From positions 3,286,001 to 3,350,000 of the forward strand of contig NC_073382.1 in assembly GCF_028641065.1 (NCBI RefSeq): a stretch of 64,000 bases of DNA, written 5' to 3'. The notes under the pieces were generated by a model, which saw only the letters and a list, made by a program, of their open reading frames with translations, was not told the DNA's origin and did no database searches. Origin of the DNA: Leucoraja erinacea (Eukaryota). How positions within the stretch are numbered: position 1 is the first letter of the stretch; each line of letters starts with the position of its first letter. Made by a program: the position numbers and the translations under genes. Of the stretch, positions 25,796 to 38,590 are shown piece after piece.

Positions 25796-26722
25796 GGTCT
25801 AAAAGACCTGTTGCTGTGCTGTAAACATACAATATTTGGCAATGTTGCAAATATCTGGCCTGCATTAATCTCTGACTGTAAATGACAGCATCAACGATCA
25901 AAAAACACGAGCGGTAAATTAAGGATGTGAAAGTTATGACCGATGCTTCCTTCCTGTTAAATATATTGGGTATTCGTGCTCGGTTCCTTTCCAGATGCCA
26001 CAATGCTTGCTTGTATGTAGTGGCCTTTTGATGTGTAAGGGAAGCACTTTGTGATGGCAAGGCAGTATGGCGAGGCAAAACATGCAGATTTAAAATTATA
26101 TAAAACATCGGAATTAGTATTCCAACTCATTTATGATTATGCCACCTGCTGTAATCACATACTTACTATTTATATTAGCTGAATACTGTTGACGTACATC
26201 ATACAAACAAAACAATTTTAAATTGGGGGTTACACAGTCACACAGATGGCAGAGCTGCTGCCTCACAGCGTCAGAGACCCGGGTTTGATCCCGATGTCTG
26301 GAGCTGTCTGTGTGGAGTTTGCACGTTCTACCTGTGACTGCACGGAGTGCTCCGGTTTCCTCCTGCATTCCAACGTCGTGTAGGTTTGTAGGTTAATTGG
26401 CCTCTGTAAATTGCCCCTGGTGTTTTGGCAGTGGTTTGCAAAAGTGGTATTACATGGAAGTAGTGTGAACGGGTGATCGATGGTCAGCGTGGACTCAGTG
26501 GGTAGAAGGGCCCGTTTTCACACTGTATCTTTAAACTAAACCGAGTGTAAGATTGCCAAAGACCAACACAGAAAACTGGAGTAACTCAGCAGGTCAGGCA
26601 CATCTCTGGAGAAAAGGAATAGGTGACGTTTTGGGACGAGATGCTGCCTGACCCGTTGAGTTACTCAAGTTTTCTGTTACTGTCTTCGGTTTAAACCACC
26701 ATCTGCAGTTCCTCCTGACACA

Positions 26723-28009
26723 TCTATTTCTATCTATCTTCTATATCTACATCTATACTATCACTAAAATTCTCATCTTGTCCTCTTCCGGTTTGCGTTG
26801 TTTATAAATTTGCGCAAAAACTGTACCCTATATCACTAGGATTTTTTCGCCACCTTACTCACCGTTCTCGTCTGCTCAAAGCGCACCAAGTTTTGGTACG
26901 ATCGGTGGAATGTTACAAAAGTTATGAAAGGTTTATAAAGGGGAGGCTATTTAAGACTGAGGTGAGAAAAAACTTCTTCACCCAGAGAGTTGTGAATTTG
27001 TGAAATTCCCTGCCACAGAGGGCAGTGGAGGCCAAATCACTGTATGGATTTAAGAGAGAGTTAGATAAAGCTCTCGGGGCTAGTGGAATCATGGGATATG
27101 GGGAGAAGGCAGGCACGGGTTATTGATTGGGGACGATCAGCCATGATCGCAATGAATGGTGGTGCTGGCTCGAAGGGCTGAATGGCCTCCTCCTGCACCT
27201 ATTTTCTATGTTTCTATGGTTTAAAATTCATGAGATCAGCACGACGAGCCGGGAGCCGCTGAATGGAACTGGGAGCCGTTGGGTAAGGGTGAAAGCTGAA
27301 GGTGCAGGATGAGCAGAATGCGAGCTGCAGCTGCGGCAAACACCCCCCTTCGGCGACCATCACCTGGGAGCTGCTGAGCACGCCCCTCCTCCCCACACGG
27401 GTAAGGGCGAACGCCTCCCCAGGTGCAGGATGAGCAGAATGCGAGCTGCATCTGCGGCAAACACCCCCCTCCTCCCCACACGTCACCTCCCCACGACCCT
27501 CTCCCCACATCCCCCCCACGCCCCTCCTCCCCCACACACGCTCCTCCCCACGCAGCCCACCCCTCCCCCACACGCTCCTCCCACACACGCCCCCCCTCCC
27601 CACACGCTCCCCTCCCCCTCCCACGCCCCTCTCCCCCACATACATCCCCCACGCGCCCACTCCTCTCCCCCACACACACCCCTTCCACACCCAGCCCACC
27701 CCATACATTCTCCCACTCCACCCTCCCACACACACCCCCACTCCCCTCTTCCCACCGCACATGCATCTCCCCTCCTCTCCTCCCACACATGAAAGGGGGT
27801 GGGGGGTGGGGTGGGGAGTGCTGGCGGATGAGGGGAAATGAGCCGAGCCTGCGCAGTTAGGGACTATGGGCGAGTGGTGGAATATTGCTTTGGGGGAACG
27901 GGTTGCATTGGGGGAACAGGTGATTGATGGAATATTGAGTTGGGGAATGGGTTGCTTGGGGGGATCAGGCCTCCCGTGTGACTGGGACCCAACGGATCCC
28001 ACAGTCCAG
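26723..28009 (+). mobile_element. Non-autonomous Helitron containing a CR1 3' fragment (~26935-27217) and a C-rich tract (~27460-27790)
   Basis: The 5' end has reiterated TCTA(T) starts. The 3' end has hairpin GGGACCC-aac-GGATCCC followed by a degenerate terminus (CCAG|T). Confidence 0.65.
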
Positions 28010-30501
28010 TTTTGTCTAAAATTGGCAATTTCTATTGAAAGCATTCTGGTGGAGGTGGTCCTGTTTATAGTTCTCTCATTTCGAAATGCTTAATGAAACA
28101 TCTTCACAGCATAATGTTATCCAAATTCGCTGTCTCTCAGAATTGGCTTGAAACTTCCGTTTTCTGCATGGCAACCTGTGAGGAACTGCTGAACAGAAAC
28201 CATGAGAATGGCAGGAAAATCAGTCACTCCAGACTGATCATGCAGACTTCCGAACAGGCCAACAGCCGCAGTGTGTGGGCATTGAACCCACACATTCTGC
28301 TGCGCTGGAGCTGTCTGTTGATATCCATCTAACCTTTCCTATCCGTCGACCCATCCAAGTGTCTTTTAACTGTTATTATTGTACCAGCCTAACCTACCTC
28401 CTTTGGCAGCCACCACCCTCTGGGTAAAAGATTGCGCCTCAGAATCCAATTATATCTTCACCCCCTCACCAAAAACCTATGTCCTCTGGGTCTTGACTCC
28501 ACTACCCTGGGTAAAATGGATACGAGAGATTTCAAAGATAGGCACAAAATGTTGTCGTAACTTAGCGGGTCAGGCAGCATCTCGTGCAGAAAATGGATGG
28601 ATGGCGTTTGAGGTCGAGACCTTTCTTCAGACTGAAAGTATTGGGGAGGGAACCGGAGATAAGAACAAGATAGAACAGAGTAGGGATGGCAGCAGATGAC
28701 CAAGGGTGGAGCCCATAATGACCCATTGTTGGCTGGGGAAGAGGTGGCATCAAGGTGGATACAAGGACATGAACAGCAGAACTAGTAGGATGACTAGGGA
28801 GGGGGAAAGTGAGGAAATGCAAGATTTCAATGCAGTTTAAGGTACAACAACTAAACACATTTACAATAAGAGTTAGGAACAAATAAAAGTTAAGCACACT
28901 TTTAATAAACTTTGGCAATATTTCCAAGGGAATCGAACTTGGAGGGCCACTCATGGAGATAAAGTTGAGGGGGAGGACTCTGACAAAGAGCAATCCAACC
29001 AAGACCTCCATGGTGGAACGGGCGGAGGCTGAACTTAGTGGAGCATCACAACGGCTGGGAAGGCGGGTGAAGGCTGCAGCAGAAAAGGGTCTCCGGTCGT
29101 CTTGGACTCCATGCCACTGACCCAGATCTGTCAAGGACCATGTGGTGGCTGTCTATGCACCAGTCTCCCCACGTTAAACAAAGTCACGCACAGGCGTCCT
29201 CCAACCCTGGAGACACCCATGGTCAGCCATAACCAAAGGGGGCCTAGAATGAGTTCAGAAGAATATCCTTACTTTTCTTCCAATGGCTTCTTTTATTTTC
29301 ATCGGAGAAGGCAAACAGGGCATTGATTTCCATTCCAAATTACATTAATATGGATGTAAAACTTCAGTAAGTAAGACTTTCATTGTTCCAGGTCATACTG
29401 GTGCACATGACAAACAAACATTCTTTACTCTTGATTTGATATTCCATCCAAAAGTCTGTATTTATCATAGAAGAGAATGCCAACACTCTGTGTTAAATGC
29501 AAGACGGCAAGAAATTACAGAGCTTTGTAGATGTCACCCAGATCAAACTTCCCACCATTGATTCCATCTGCACTTCATGCTCCCGAAGAAAAGAAGCCAA
29601 CATAATCAAGTTCTTGTGCCACCCCGGTCATTCCTTCTTCTCTCCGCACCCATCCGGCAGATGGTACAGAAATTTGAATGTACACATTGCCAGACTGAGG
29701 GTCAGTTTCTTCCCCTTTGCTATCAGGCTTCTAAATAATCCTTCCATAAGCTAGATCACCTCAGTCCCACTGAGCACATTGGACAGTGCCTATGAACTGA
29801 TGCGCTACAGTGCGGAGAACTATATTCTGCACTGTGTCTTCCCCTTTGTCACATCAAAGCAATGGGAGCTTTGAAGGCCCCGACCACGAGTGAACATCGG
29901 GACCATTAGAAGAAGAGGACTGACTTTGATGCCTTCCCTCACAGCGGGAAACTTTGATTCTGCTGTGTGGGGATGTTTTATGTTGAATTCTATCAACTGT
30001 TGTGTTCTTTATTTTTAATGTATGGCTGTATGGTGATTACATTTCACTGTGCCACTGGCACATGTGACAAATAAATGTATCTTGTATCTATTGTACGCGA
30101 GTATAACTTGTATTTATGTATGTATTGTATCAGATCCAATTTATGTATTGTATGAGATCCAAATCTGATTTATTTAGATAGCATGCAAAAATAAAAATTT
30201 TCATTGTACCTTACTACACATATTGATAATAAACCTTAACCTAATTTTCAAGGGTAGAATAACTCTTCATATCTAACAATATTGGAAGAGGCTGAAATGA
30301 TGTTCCACTTTCCAACATAACTGGCCCATGAGATTAAATTAACTTCTGTTTCTTATATACTGTAAAGGAAACATAGAAAATTTAGAAAATAGGTGCAGGA
30401 GTAGGCCATTCGGCCCTTCGAGCCTGCACCCCCATTCAATATGATCATGGCTGATCATCCAACTCAGTATCCTGTACCTGCCTTCTCTCCATACCCCCTG
30501 A

Positions 30502-31250
30502 CTATCAGAGGGGACTGTGTAGAGAGGGTGGCGGATTTCCGCTTCCTGGGAATCCATATTGAGGAGGACCTGACGTGGAGCGTGAACACCACTGCGCTGC
30601 TGAAAAAGGTCCAGCAGAGACTGCACTTCCTGAGGGTGCTCAGGAAGAACAACATCACTCAGAGACTGCTGCTGTCCTTTTATCGGTGCTCCATTGAGAG
30701 CATACTAACATACTGTGTATGCGTGTGGTACACCAGCTGCACAGCGGCTCAGAGGAAAGCGCTCCAGAGGGCCATTGACAACGCCCAGAGGATTGTCGGC
30801 TGCCCTCTCCTTACCTTGGAGGACTTACACAGTTCCCGCTGCACCAAAAAAAACCAGAATATCATAAAGGACATTTCCCCCCCCGGACACTCCCTGTTTG
30901 AACTGTTGCCGTCAGGCAGACGGTACAGATCTACAAGGACAAGGACGAACAGACTAAAAAACAGTTTTTACCCCACTGCTATAAAAGCACTAAATGTAGC
31001 CGCCAAGGAACGCAGGGGCGATACAGACTAAGGGACTGTGGTAACTGTGAAATCGACAGAAGGATGGAGGGTTGGGGTGTGTATGCGTGCTTTGTTCGTG
31101 ATATTTATTTAGTTGTTTATCTTTATTATTTTACCGTGTATGTATCGTTAGCTTTTAGAAATGTTTGAATGCTGCACTGACTGGCTGACATTTTAAATTT
31201 CGTTGTACATGGTCCATGTTACAATGACAATAAAGAAACTATTCTATTCT
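30502..31250 (+). mobile_element. Rex1/Babar-like LINE 3' fragment specific to duplication unit A
   Basis: ORF with [32 protein letters not shown] and an (ATTCT)n tail. Absent at the paralogous site ccccctgatccc (~40720). Confidence 0.82.
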
Positions 31251-31423
31251 GATCCCTTTAGCCACAAGGACCACATCTAACTCCCTCTTAAATATAGCCA
31301 ATGAGCTGGCCTCAACTACCTCTGAAACAGAAGGCATCTCATGTGCAGCTGTTTTGAGCGGTCGATTTCCGACCCCTACTCCTACCTATTCTCTCTGCAC
31401 AATGAGTAATGCTTGAAATTTGT

Positions 31424-31474
31424 AGTTTCATTTTCTATTTTGTGAAACACCGTCACATAAAGTGAAAGTGAAAC
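31424..31474 (+). promoter_or_regulatory. MPEG1-A proximal promoter with two ISRE/IRF elements (AGTTTCATTTTC 31424-31435; AAGTGAAAGTGAAAC 31460-31474)
   Basis: Match to the GAAANNGAAA consensus ~90-140 bp upstream of the ATG. MPEG1 is known to be interferon-inducible in other vertebrates. Confidence 0.7.
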
Positions 31475-31566
31475 ACCCACCTATTAACAGAAACAAGTTT
31501 AACAGCAGGAGTTTACTATCCAGGGGACTTCGTCGGGTGAGGAGCTGAGAGCACTGACCTTTGAGG

Positions 31567-33723
31567 ATGTCCCTGGCTTTGATCCCCGTCTTTCTCTTCG
31601 TTTTCTCGGTAAGAGCGACGGACTGCAGGTTTCGAGAGCCAAGGAGGGATGGCTTGACTGAGTGCAGGAAAGCTCAAAATTTGACCGCTCTTGAGGTTGT
31701 GCCGGGAGGCGGCTGGGACAACTTGAGGAACCTCGACCGAGGTCGAGTGATGAACATCAGCTACTCTCTGTGCAAACTCACCGAGGACGGGAAATACTTC
31801 ATCCCAGACCACGTCTACGTGGTGCCCCAGAAGCAGACTAACATGGATATCGTGTCGGAAATCATCACCAGCTGGATGGACTACAAAAGCTCCACCAGTG
31901 CCTCAGTCAACGCTGATGTATCCTACCTCTCTATCCTGAATGCAAAGTTCTCCGCCAGCGTTGAGAGGGTCAAGACCCGACAGGTGAAGGATAGCAGCAC
32001 GACCACTAGAATCCAGGTGAGGAACTTGATATACAAGGTCAAATCCGTGCCCGATTTCCAGCTGGACCAAGACTTCAAACAACAGCTGATTGAGATTGCC
32101 AATTACATTGAGAACAACCAGACTAAAGCTGCCGAATATTTCGCTCAGTTGCTGGTCCTCAACTACGGGACTCACGTGTTGACAGGTATCGATGCCGGGG
32201 CGAGCCTGGTGCAGGAAGACCAGATCCGTTCTAGCTTTGTGTCCGAAAGCTGGAGTCAAAAATCCAGCATCAGAGCGTCGGCCGGAGTCACCTTCTTCCA
32301 GACGGTGAATGTGGGCCTGGACACACAGTGGCAGAGCACCGACCAGTTCACCCGGCATTACATGAGCAACAGGACGCACTCGAGCATCGAGAGCCACGGC
32401 GGGGTTCCCTTTTACCCTGGAATCACCCTGCAGAAGTGGCAGCAGGAGATCTCCAACCAGCTGGTGGCCATCGACAGGAGCGGGCGGCCCCTCAACTTCT
32501 TTATCCACCCACTCAACGTGCCCGAGCTGCCCGGGCCCACGGTGGCCAAGCTCACCCTGGCCATCGAGAGGGCCATCGCTCTCTACTACACCGTCAACAC
32601 TCACCCGGGCTGCGTGGACATCAACTCGCCCAACTTCAACTTCCAGGCCAACCTCGACGACGGCTCCTGCCAGGGGGACGGCACGAATTTCACCTTCGGC
32701 GGCGTTTACCAGGAGTGCGCCCCGGTGTCGGGGCCAGACGCCCAGTCCCTGTGTGCCGGCCTGGACCAGAGCAACCCCCTGACCGGGGCCCACAGCTGTC
32801 CCGCTGGATACTCGGCCATACACCTGCACTCGGGCGTCCAGGAGGAGGGTAGGAGCCATTACGAGTGTAACCGCCGTTGCCACACGTGTTGGCTGCTGGC
32901 GACATGTTGCGACGACGTGTGCGGCGACGGCTACTACGTGAGCAAGGCCCGCTTTGAGGCCTACTGGTGTGCGGCGACGCCCAGCCTTGTCCTGCCCCAG
33001 AACTCGGGCTACCTCTTCGGCGGCCTGTACGGCCGAGTGTCCAGCAACGAGCTGACCCAAGACCGCTCCTGCCCCGCGGCCTTCTACCCGCTGCGCCTCC
33101 TCCAGCACCTGCGGGTCTGCGTCAGCCAAGACTACGAGATGGGCTTCCGCTACTCGGTGCCATTCGGCGGCTTCTTCAGCTGCGAGGCGGGAAACCCGTT
33201 GGCTGCCCGGGCCCCAGGCCCAGACTCAGGCGCCGACCCCAAGCGTTGTCCCGGCGGCTACAGCCAGCACCTGGCTGACATCAGCGATAACTGCCAACTC
33301 CTCTTCTGCGTCAAGTCCGGCTCCTTCAACGACCTCAAACTGGCCCCCATCAACCTGCCGCCGTTCGCTCAGCCCCCCCTGCTCACCAAGGGCTCCACAA
33401 ACACGGTGATGGTCATGTCCGCGTACCAGGAGCCTTGGGTGAAGGACAAGGTCACCAACCAGTGGAAGGTGGTCCCCAACTCGGACGCCCGCCGTATATT
33501 TGACGGGGAGAATTCCTCCAGAGCGGCTGGGGCGGCAGCTGGCATCTCCATTGCCACCATCCTGGCCCTGGTTGGCATTCTCTGCCTTGTCTTCTTTATC
33601 AAGAAGCGACTGAGGCAGCGCAGATACCAAGCTCGGGCTGTAGAACATGAAGTGATATCCACAACCAACTCTGACTCTGAGATCAACACACTTGGCTCTC
33701 CTGATCCCCACACAGATGCCTGA
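31567..33723 (+). CDS. MPEG1: Macrophage-expressed gene 1 / perforin-2, paralog A (718 aa, single-exon ORF)
   Basis: Signal peptide, LEVxPGGGWDNLRN, MACPF motif (YGTHV...GA), Cys-rich P2 domain (YLFGGLY, PFGGFFSC), C-terminal TM helix and basic cytosolic tail. First ATG is 31567; the ORF track starts at TTG 31561. Confidence 0.97.
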   Translation: MSLALIPVFLFVFSVRATDCRFREPRRDGLTECRKAQNLTALEVVPGGGWDNLRNLDRGRVMNISYSLCKLTEDGKYFIPDHVYVVPQKQTNMDIVSEIITSWMDYKSSTSASVNADVSYLSILNAKFSASVERVKTRQVKDSSTTTRIQVRNLIYKVKSVPDFQLDQDFKQQLIEIANYIENNQTKAAEYFAQLLVLNYGTHVLTGIDAGASLVQEDQIRSSFVSESWSQKSSIRASAGVTFFQTVNVGLDTQWQSTDQFTRHYMSNRTHSSIESHGGVPFYPGITLQKWQQEISNQLVAIDRSGRPLNFFIHPLNVPELPGPTVAKLTLAIERAIALYYTVNTHPGCVDINSPNFNFQANLDDGSCQGDGTNFTFGGVYQECAPVSGPDAQSLCAGLDQSNPLTGAHSCPAGYSAIHLHSGVQEEGRSHYECNRRCHTCWLLATCCDDVCGDGYYVSKARFEAYWCAATPSLVLPQNSGYLFGGLYGRVSSNELTQDRSCPAAFYPLRLLQHLRVCVSQDYEMGFRYSVPFGGFFSCEAGNPLAARAPGPDSGADPKRCPGGYSQHLADISDNCQLLFCVKSGSFNDLKLAPINLPPFAQPPLLTKGSTNTVMVMSAYQEPWVKDKVTNQWKVVPNSDARRIFDGENSSRAAGAAAGISIATILALVGILCLVFFIKKRLRQRRYQARAVEHEVISTTNSDSEINTLGSPDPHTDA

Positions 33724-34446
33724 GTCCCACTCCCTCCTTGATCCACAACTGCAATAAGGACTGCAGAGCCTTCCTACATTCACCCATACAACCGGCAGAG
33801 AATACCCAATAACATTAAGCAGTACGTTTATGTTCACAATAGACAAAACAATAGACAATAGGTGCAGGAGTAGGCCATTTGGCCCTTCGAGCCAGCACCG
33901 CCATTCACTGTGATCATGGCTGATCATCCCCATTTTTTCACCTTTATTATTGTCACCTGTACCGAGGTACAGTGAGAAGCTTTGTTTTCCAATGTTTGGA
34001 TCATGTTTTCCAATCAAATCATAATACTATACCTAAATATAATCAAGCCAAACTCTAGTACAACAGGCACAGTGAAGGGAAAGATACAGAGTGCAGAATA
34101 TGGGGAGAGGATTGCAGGGGATATGGGGAGAAGGCAGGAACAGGGTACTGATTGGGGATGATCAGCCATGATCACATTGAATGATGGTGCTGGCTCGAAG
34201 GGCCGAATGGCCTAATCCTGCATCTATTGTCTATAATAATTGAATGAACAGGGGTAATCTTTAGACTATTGGTTATTTAAGGAGAAACAGAAAGAGAGAG
34301 TAAAATGTGTGGGAAAGAACTGCAGATGCTGGTATATAAACGAGATACATACAAAATAGGCACAAAAAGAGTTAGATTTAGCTCTTATGGCTAAAGGAAT
34401 CAAGGGACATGGGGGAAAAATCAGGAACGGGGTAATGATTTTAGAT

Positions 34447-34827
34447 CAGTGGTTCCCAACGTGGGGCGTACGCCCCACAGGGGGGCAATTTGATTTTTAA
34501 GGGGGGCAATTGAGCGCGACTGAGGAGGTCTGGGTCCAAATTTTCGATTTTTATTTTTTGGGATTTTCCATCAGGTAAACATATGTAGTTTATGTTTCAG
34601 ATGTTATTTTGAGTAAATATTTTTTTTGGGGTAAAAAAGGTCTTTATTGTGTAGTTATTACATAATCACCGCGCCATCGCTCTTCATGCATGTCGCACGA
34701 AGCGCGCGAGGTCAAGGGAGTTCACTTTTTAAATGATAAGAATTATATATCACCACATGGGGGGGGGGCATCAGGATTTTAGAGGTGATTAGGTGGGGCA
34801 TGGGCAAAAAAAGGTTGGGAACCACTG
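34447..34827. mobile_element. hAT/Charlie-like MITE (381 bp)
   Basis: TIR CAGTGGTTCCCAAC and perfect 8 bp TSD TTTTAGAT. Confidence 0.9.
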
Positions 34828-35138
34828 TTTTAGATGATCAGCCGTGATCATATTGAATGGCTGTACTGGCTCGAAGGGCTGAATGGCCTATCCCTGCACC
34901 CATTTTTCTATGCTTCTAAATGCTGGAGTAAGGCAGCGCGACAGGCAGCATCTCTGGAGAGAAGGAATGGGTGATGTTTTGGGTTGAGACCCTTCTTCAG
35001 GGGTAGATTGAATTTGAAATTCACGTATTGGAACATAAACAGAAGAGTGGAATTGGATAGGGATATTGAAGAAGCCAAAGACACAATGCTGGAGTTAATC
35101 AGCGGGTCAGGCAGTATCCCTGCAGAGCATGGATAGGT

Positions 35139-35166
35139 GATGTTTCGGGTCGGGACCCTTCATCAG
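35139..35166 (-). ncRNA. Putative minimal hammerhead ribozyme core (CUGAUGA variant)
   Basis: Minus strand: CTGATGA-A-GGGT(CCCG)ACCC-GAAA-CA-TC. Confidence 0.5.
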
Positions 35167-36399
35167 ACTGATTGTAGGGAGGCGGGAAAGAAAGCTGAGA
35201 GAGGAGGGGCAGGATAGAGCATAGCTAATAATGGGGGAACTTGGGCATGGGAGTTGAAATAAGTCATATTGGTTCTGATCAACACAGGCACTGTGACCTG
35301 TTTCTGACTGAAAGGTTTATGTGATTTGAACTGCCTTTTTGCAAACCTGACTGACTTGTTGACAATTTTGTGGTTTCTTTGTGCCCTTTTGAACCTAACA
35401 CAGAACATGATGCATTAACTATCATTGTGACTAACATTACCAGTAATTTTATTAATTAGAGTAACTTACCTGAACTGGTGCTACAAACTGAAAATGTAGC
35501 CATGTAGAATACAACTGTAACATTGAGCTATAAAAACAATAAAATATTAAAATCCAGTTGTGTTTTTTGCTAAATAAAATTGAGCCCGATTTAGTTGTTA
35601 GCATTTTACGACAACCTACTTTGTACATACAGTATCCACCACACTTCAAAGTTGTGACGGATAGGGCCTTGAATGGTGAATAAAAAAAGTAACAAATTTT
35701 TATCTTTACGAGGGTCAGAAGTTTAGAGAGGGTGGTTCAGGTCTTGGGTTTGGAGGTGAAAGGATGAAGTTTTAACCTTAAAATGTCAGTAAGAAGCAGA
35801 ACATCAGTTCAGAAAACAAGTGAAACACATTTTACTCACAGAAGCTGCTTGACCAGTTCTGTCTTTATTGACTTTAGAAAAATCCAGGCTTAACTTTAAT
35901 TCCGTACGCCAGGTGCATAGCTCAGAATTGGGCAGCACGAGTTGCTGCCTTACAGTGCTAGAGACCCGGGTTCGATCCTAACTATGGGTGCTGTCTGTAC
36001 GGAGTTTGTACATTCTCCCCGTGACCTGCATAGGTTTTCTCCGGGATCTCCGGTTTCCTACTGCACTCCAGAGAAGTGCAGGTTAATTGGCTTGGTATAA
36101 TTAAGTTGTCCCAAGTGTATGTAGGATAGCGTTAGTGTGCAGGGATCGCTGGTCAGCGCGGACTCTGTTGGCCGAAGGGCCTGTTTCTGTGTATCCTTAA
36201 ACAAATCTAAAAATTGCTCCATTGTGTCTATTGGTGATGATTTGCCAAATGCCTGTCCTTCCCAGCACCTGAATACTATGGGTCATCTGTAGGATTCACA
36301 GCAAGAACTTGATAAGGCTTCTTTGACAGGGGCTCACAATACTGCAACCTCCAATTCCTAGAAGGACAAGAAGGGCTTCAAAATAACCCAATGAACTAT

Positions 36400-37120
36400 G
36401 GATCAAAAAGCCTATGAGTTGTGGTACAAAAATTAGTGGAGAGGATATGAAGGGTAAGATATGCATACATTTGGGAAGGGTCGATTACGGATATTCTGCA
36501 TGTTTAGTGCGAGGGAGATGGCGTCTCATTAATTTGATTGAGGCTTTGGAAGAAGTAACCCAAGAAGGTTGAGGAGGGCAGGTTGTAGAGATAGTCTAAA
36601 AGGACTTCAGCAAGGCCTTTGATAAGAGTCCACGCACTAATGTGGTCTGGAAGGTTAGATCGCATGGGATGGCATCCAGGGCGAGGTAGCTAACTGCTTA
36701 CACAGTTGGCTTCCTAGTAGGAAGCAGAGGGTTATGGTGTAAAGTTGTGTTGAGGGGTTATCATAAGAAATGTATAAATTCACACGGGGAATAGATGGGA
36801 TATGCCAAGAATGTTTTTCCCAGGGTAGGAGAATCAAGAGATAGAGGGCATAGATTTATGGTGAAAAGGGAAAGATTTAATGGGAACCTGAGGGGCACCT
36901 TTTTCACAGATGGTGCTGGGTATATGGAATAAGTTGCAAGAGGAAGTTGAGGCAGAGACAATAACAACATTTAAGAGATATTTGGAAGTGTACATGGGTA
37001 GGAATGGTTAGGAGGAATATGGAGAAAGCGACGGCAAATGGGATGAGCTTAGATACGGCATGTTGGTCGGCATGAATGGGTTGGGCCCAAGGGCTTGTTT
37101 CAGCGCTGTATTACACTGAG
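36400..37120 (+). mobile_element. Old degenerate CR1 (paralogous copy at ~46200-46920)
   Basis: Remnant DFSKAFDK and a CR1-like 3' region. Confidence 0.6.
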
Positions 37121-38199
37121 AAGGATAGCAGACAAATGGGGATAATGCCATCTCACATTGAATAGTGACTTGTGGTTTTGAACTATATTGCCTTCTTTAC
37201 TGCTGGAATAATGTTCTGGAATTGACTACCTAATGGCATACTTTCACCACACAATCTTCAGCAGATCCTGACGAAAACCAACAATCTCCATTTCAAGGGA
37301 TCACAGAAAACATTGAAGATTGTGACACAGAAGGAAGCCCATCACATTTATGCCATTGTGAAAGATCTGCCCTGTCTATGGTTTTCCTTTGCTTGGACGA
37401 GTGCCCTGCAGTTCATGGTTCTTCAAGTTCATATACATGTCCATTCGAAATGTATTTAGGGCTTCTGCTTCTCCCAGCCTTTCAGGCAGTAAGCTCCAAG
37501 CACCTAGTCAAGAGTGTTTTATTGTTATATGTCCCAGATAGAACAATGAAATTCTTACTTGCAGCTGCACAACAGAATATGTCAACACAGTACACTGTAA
37601 ACAATATAAGAAATGAGAAAAAAAAGTTCAGTGTGTGTTTTCTCTCTATGTGTGTGTATATAATACCCACACATATAAAAATAAACAAACAATAATAGTG
37701 CAGAAAGACACATATACATATATATTATACATACATAGAGTAATAGTGTGATACAGTGTGAAAATAGGCCCTTCGGCCCACCTTGCTCATACTGGCCAAC
37801 ATATCCCACCTCCACTAGTCCCACCTGCCTGAGTTTGGTCCATATTCCTCCAAACCTGTCCTATCCATGTATCTAACTATTTCTTAAATGTCGGGGTAGT
37901 CCCAGCCTCAACTACCTCCTCTGGCAGTGTACTCCATACACCCACCACCCTATGTGTGAAAAAAAACTACCCCTTAAAAAGTTACCTCTTAAAAATATTT
38001 AAAACAAAAAAACATTGAAATCATACTTCTACAATGCACTAAAACATGATTTTAATACATCAATACATCTTTTCCCCTTCAACGTTAAACCTATGTCCTC
38101 TGATCCTCGATTCACCTACTCTGGGCAAGAGACTTTGTGCATCTACCCATCTATTCCTCTCATTATTTTATACATAATATATACATATATATATATCTT

Positions 38200-38590
38200 T
38201 ATGGATCTTATAGAAACTTACAAAATTCTTAAGGGGTTGGACAGGCTAGATGGAGGAAGATTGTTCCCGATGTTGGGGAAGTCCAGAACAAGGGGTCACA
38301 GTTTAAGGATAAGGGGGAAGTCTTTTAGGACCGAGATGAGAAAAACATTTTTCACACAGAGAGTGGTGAATCTGTGGAATTATCTGCCACAGAAGGTAGT
38401 TGAGGCCAGTTCATTGGCTATATTTAAGAGGGAGTTAGATGTAGCCCTTGTGGCTAAAGGGATCAGGAATCAGGAGAAGGCAGGTACAGGATACTGAGTT
38501 GGATAATCAAACATGATCATATTGAATGGCAGTGTAGGCTCGAAGGGCCGAATGGCCCACTCCTGCACCTATTTTCTATGTTTCTATACA
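38200..38590 (+). mobile_element. CR1 3' end (paralogous copy at ~57280-57662)
   Basis: DLIETYKILKGLD...WNxLP peptide plus tail. Confidence 0.85.

Noticed and set aside
31522-31531. GGGGACTTCG NF-kB-like motif near both MPEG1 starts
   Set aside because: Mismatch at the conserved terminal CC and identical in both copies; too weak to call.
31903-33129. 408 aa antisense ORF (and its twin at 41451-42677)
   Set aside because: Shadow of the high-GC3 MPEG1 codon usage, with no recognisable domain. Its conservation is explained by the duplication.
35930-36210. tRNA gene suggested by the GTTCGATCC B box
   Set aside because: Head of a tRNA-derived SINE; no cloverleaf.
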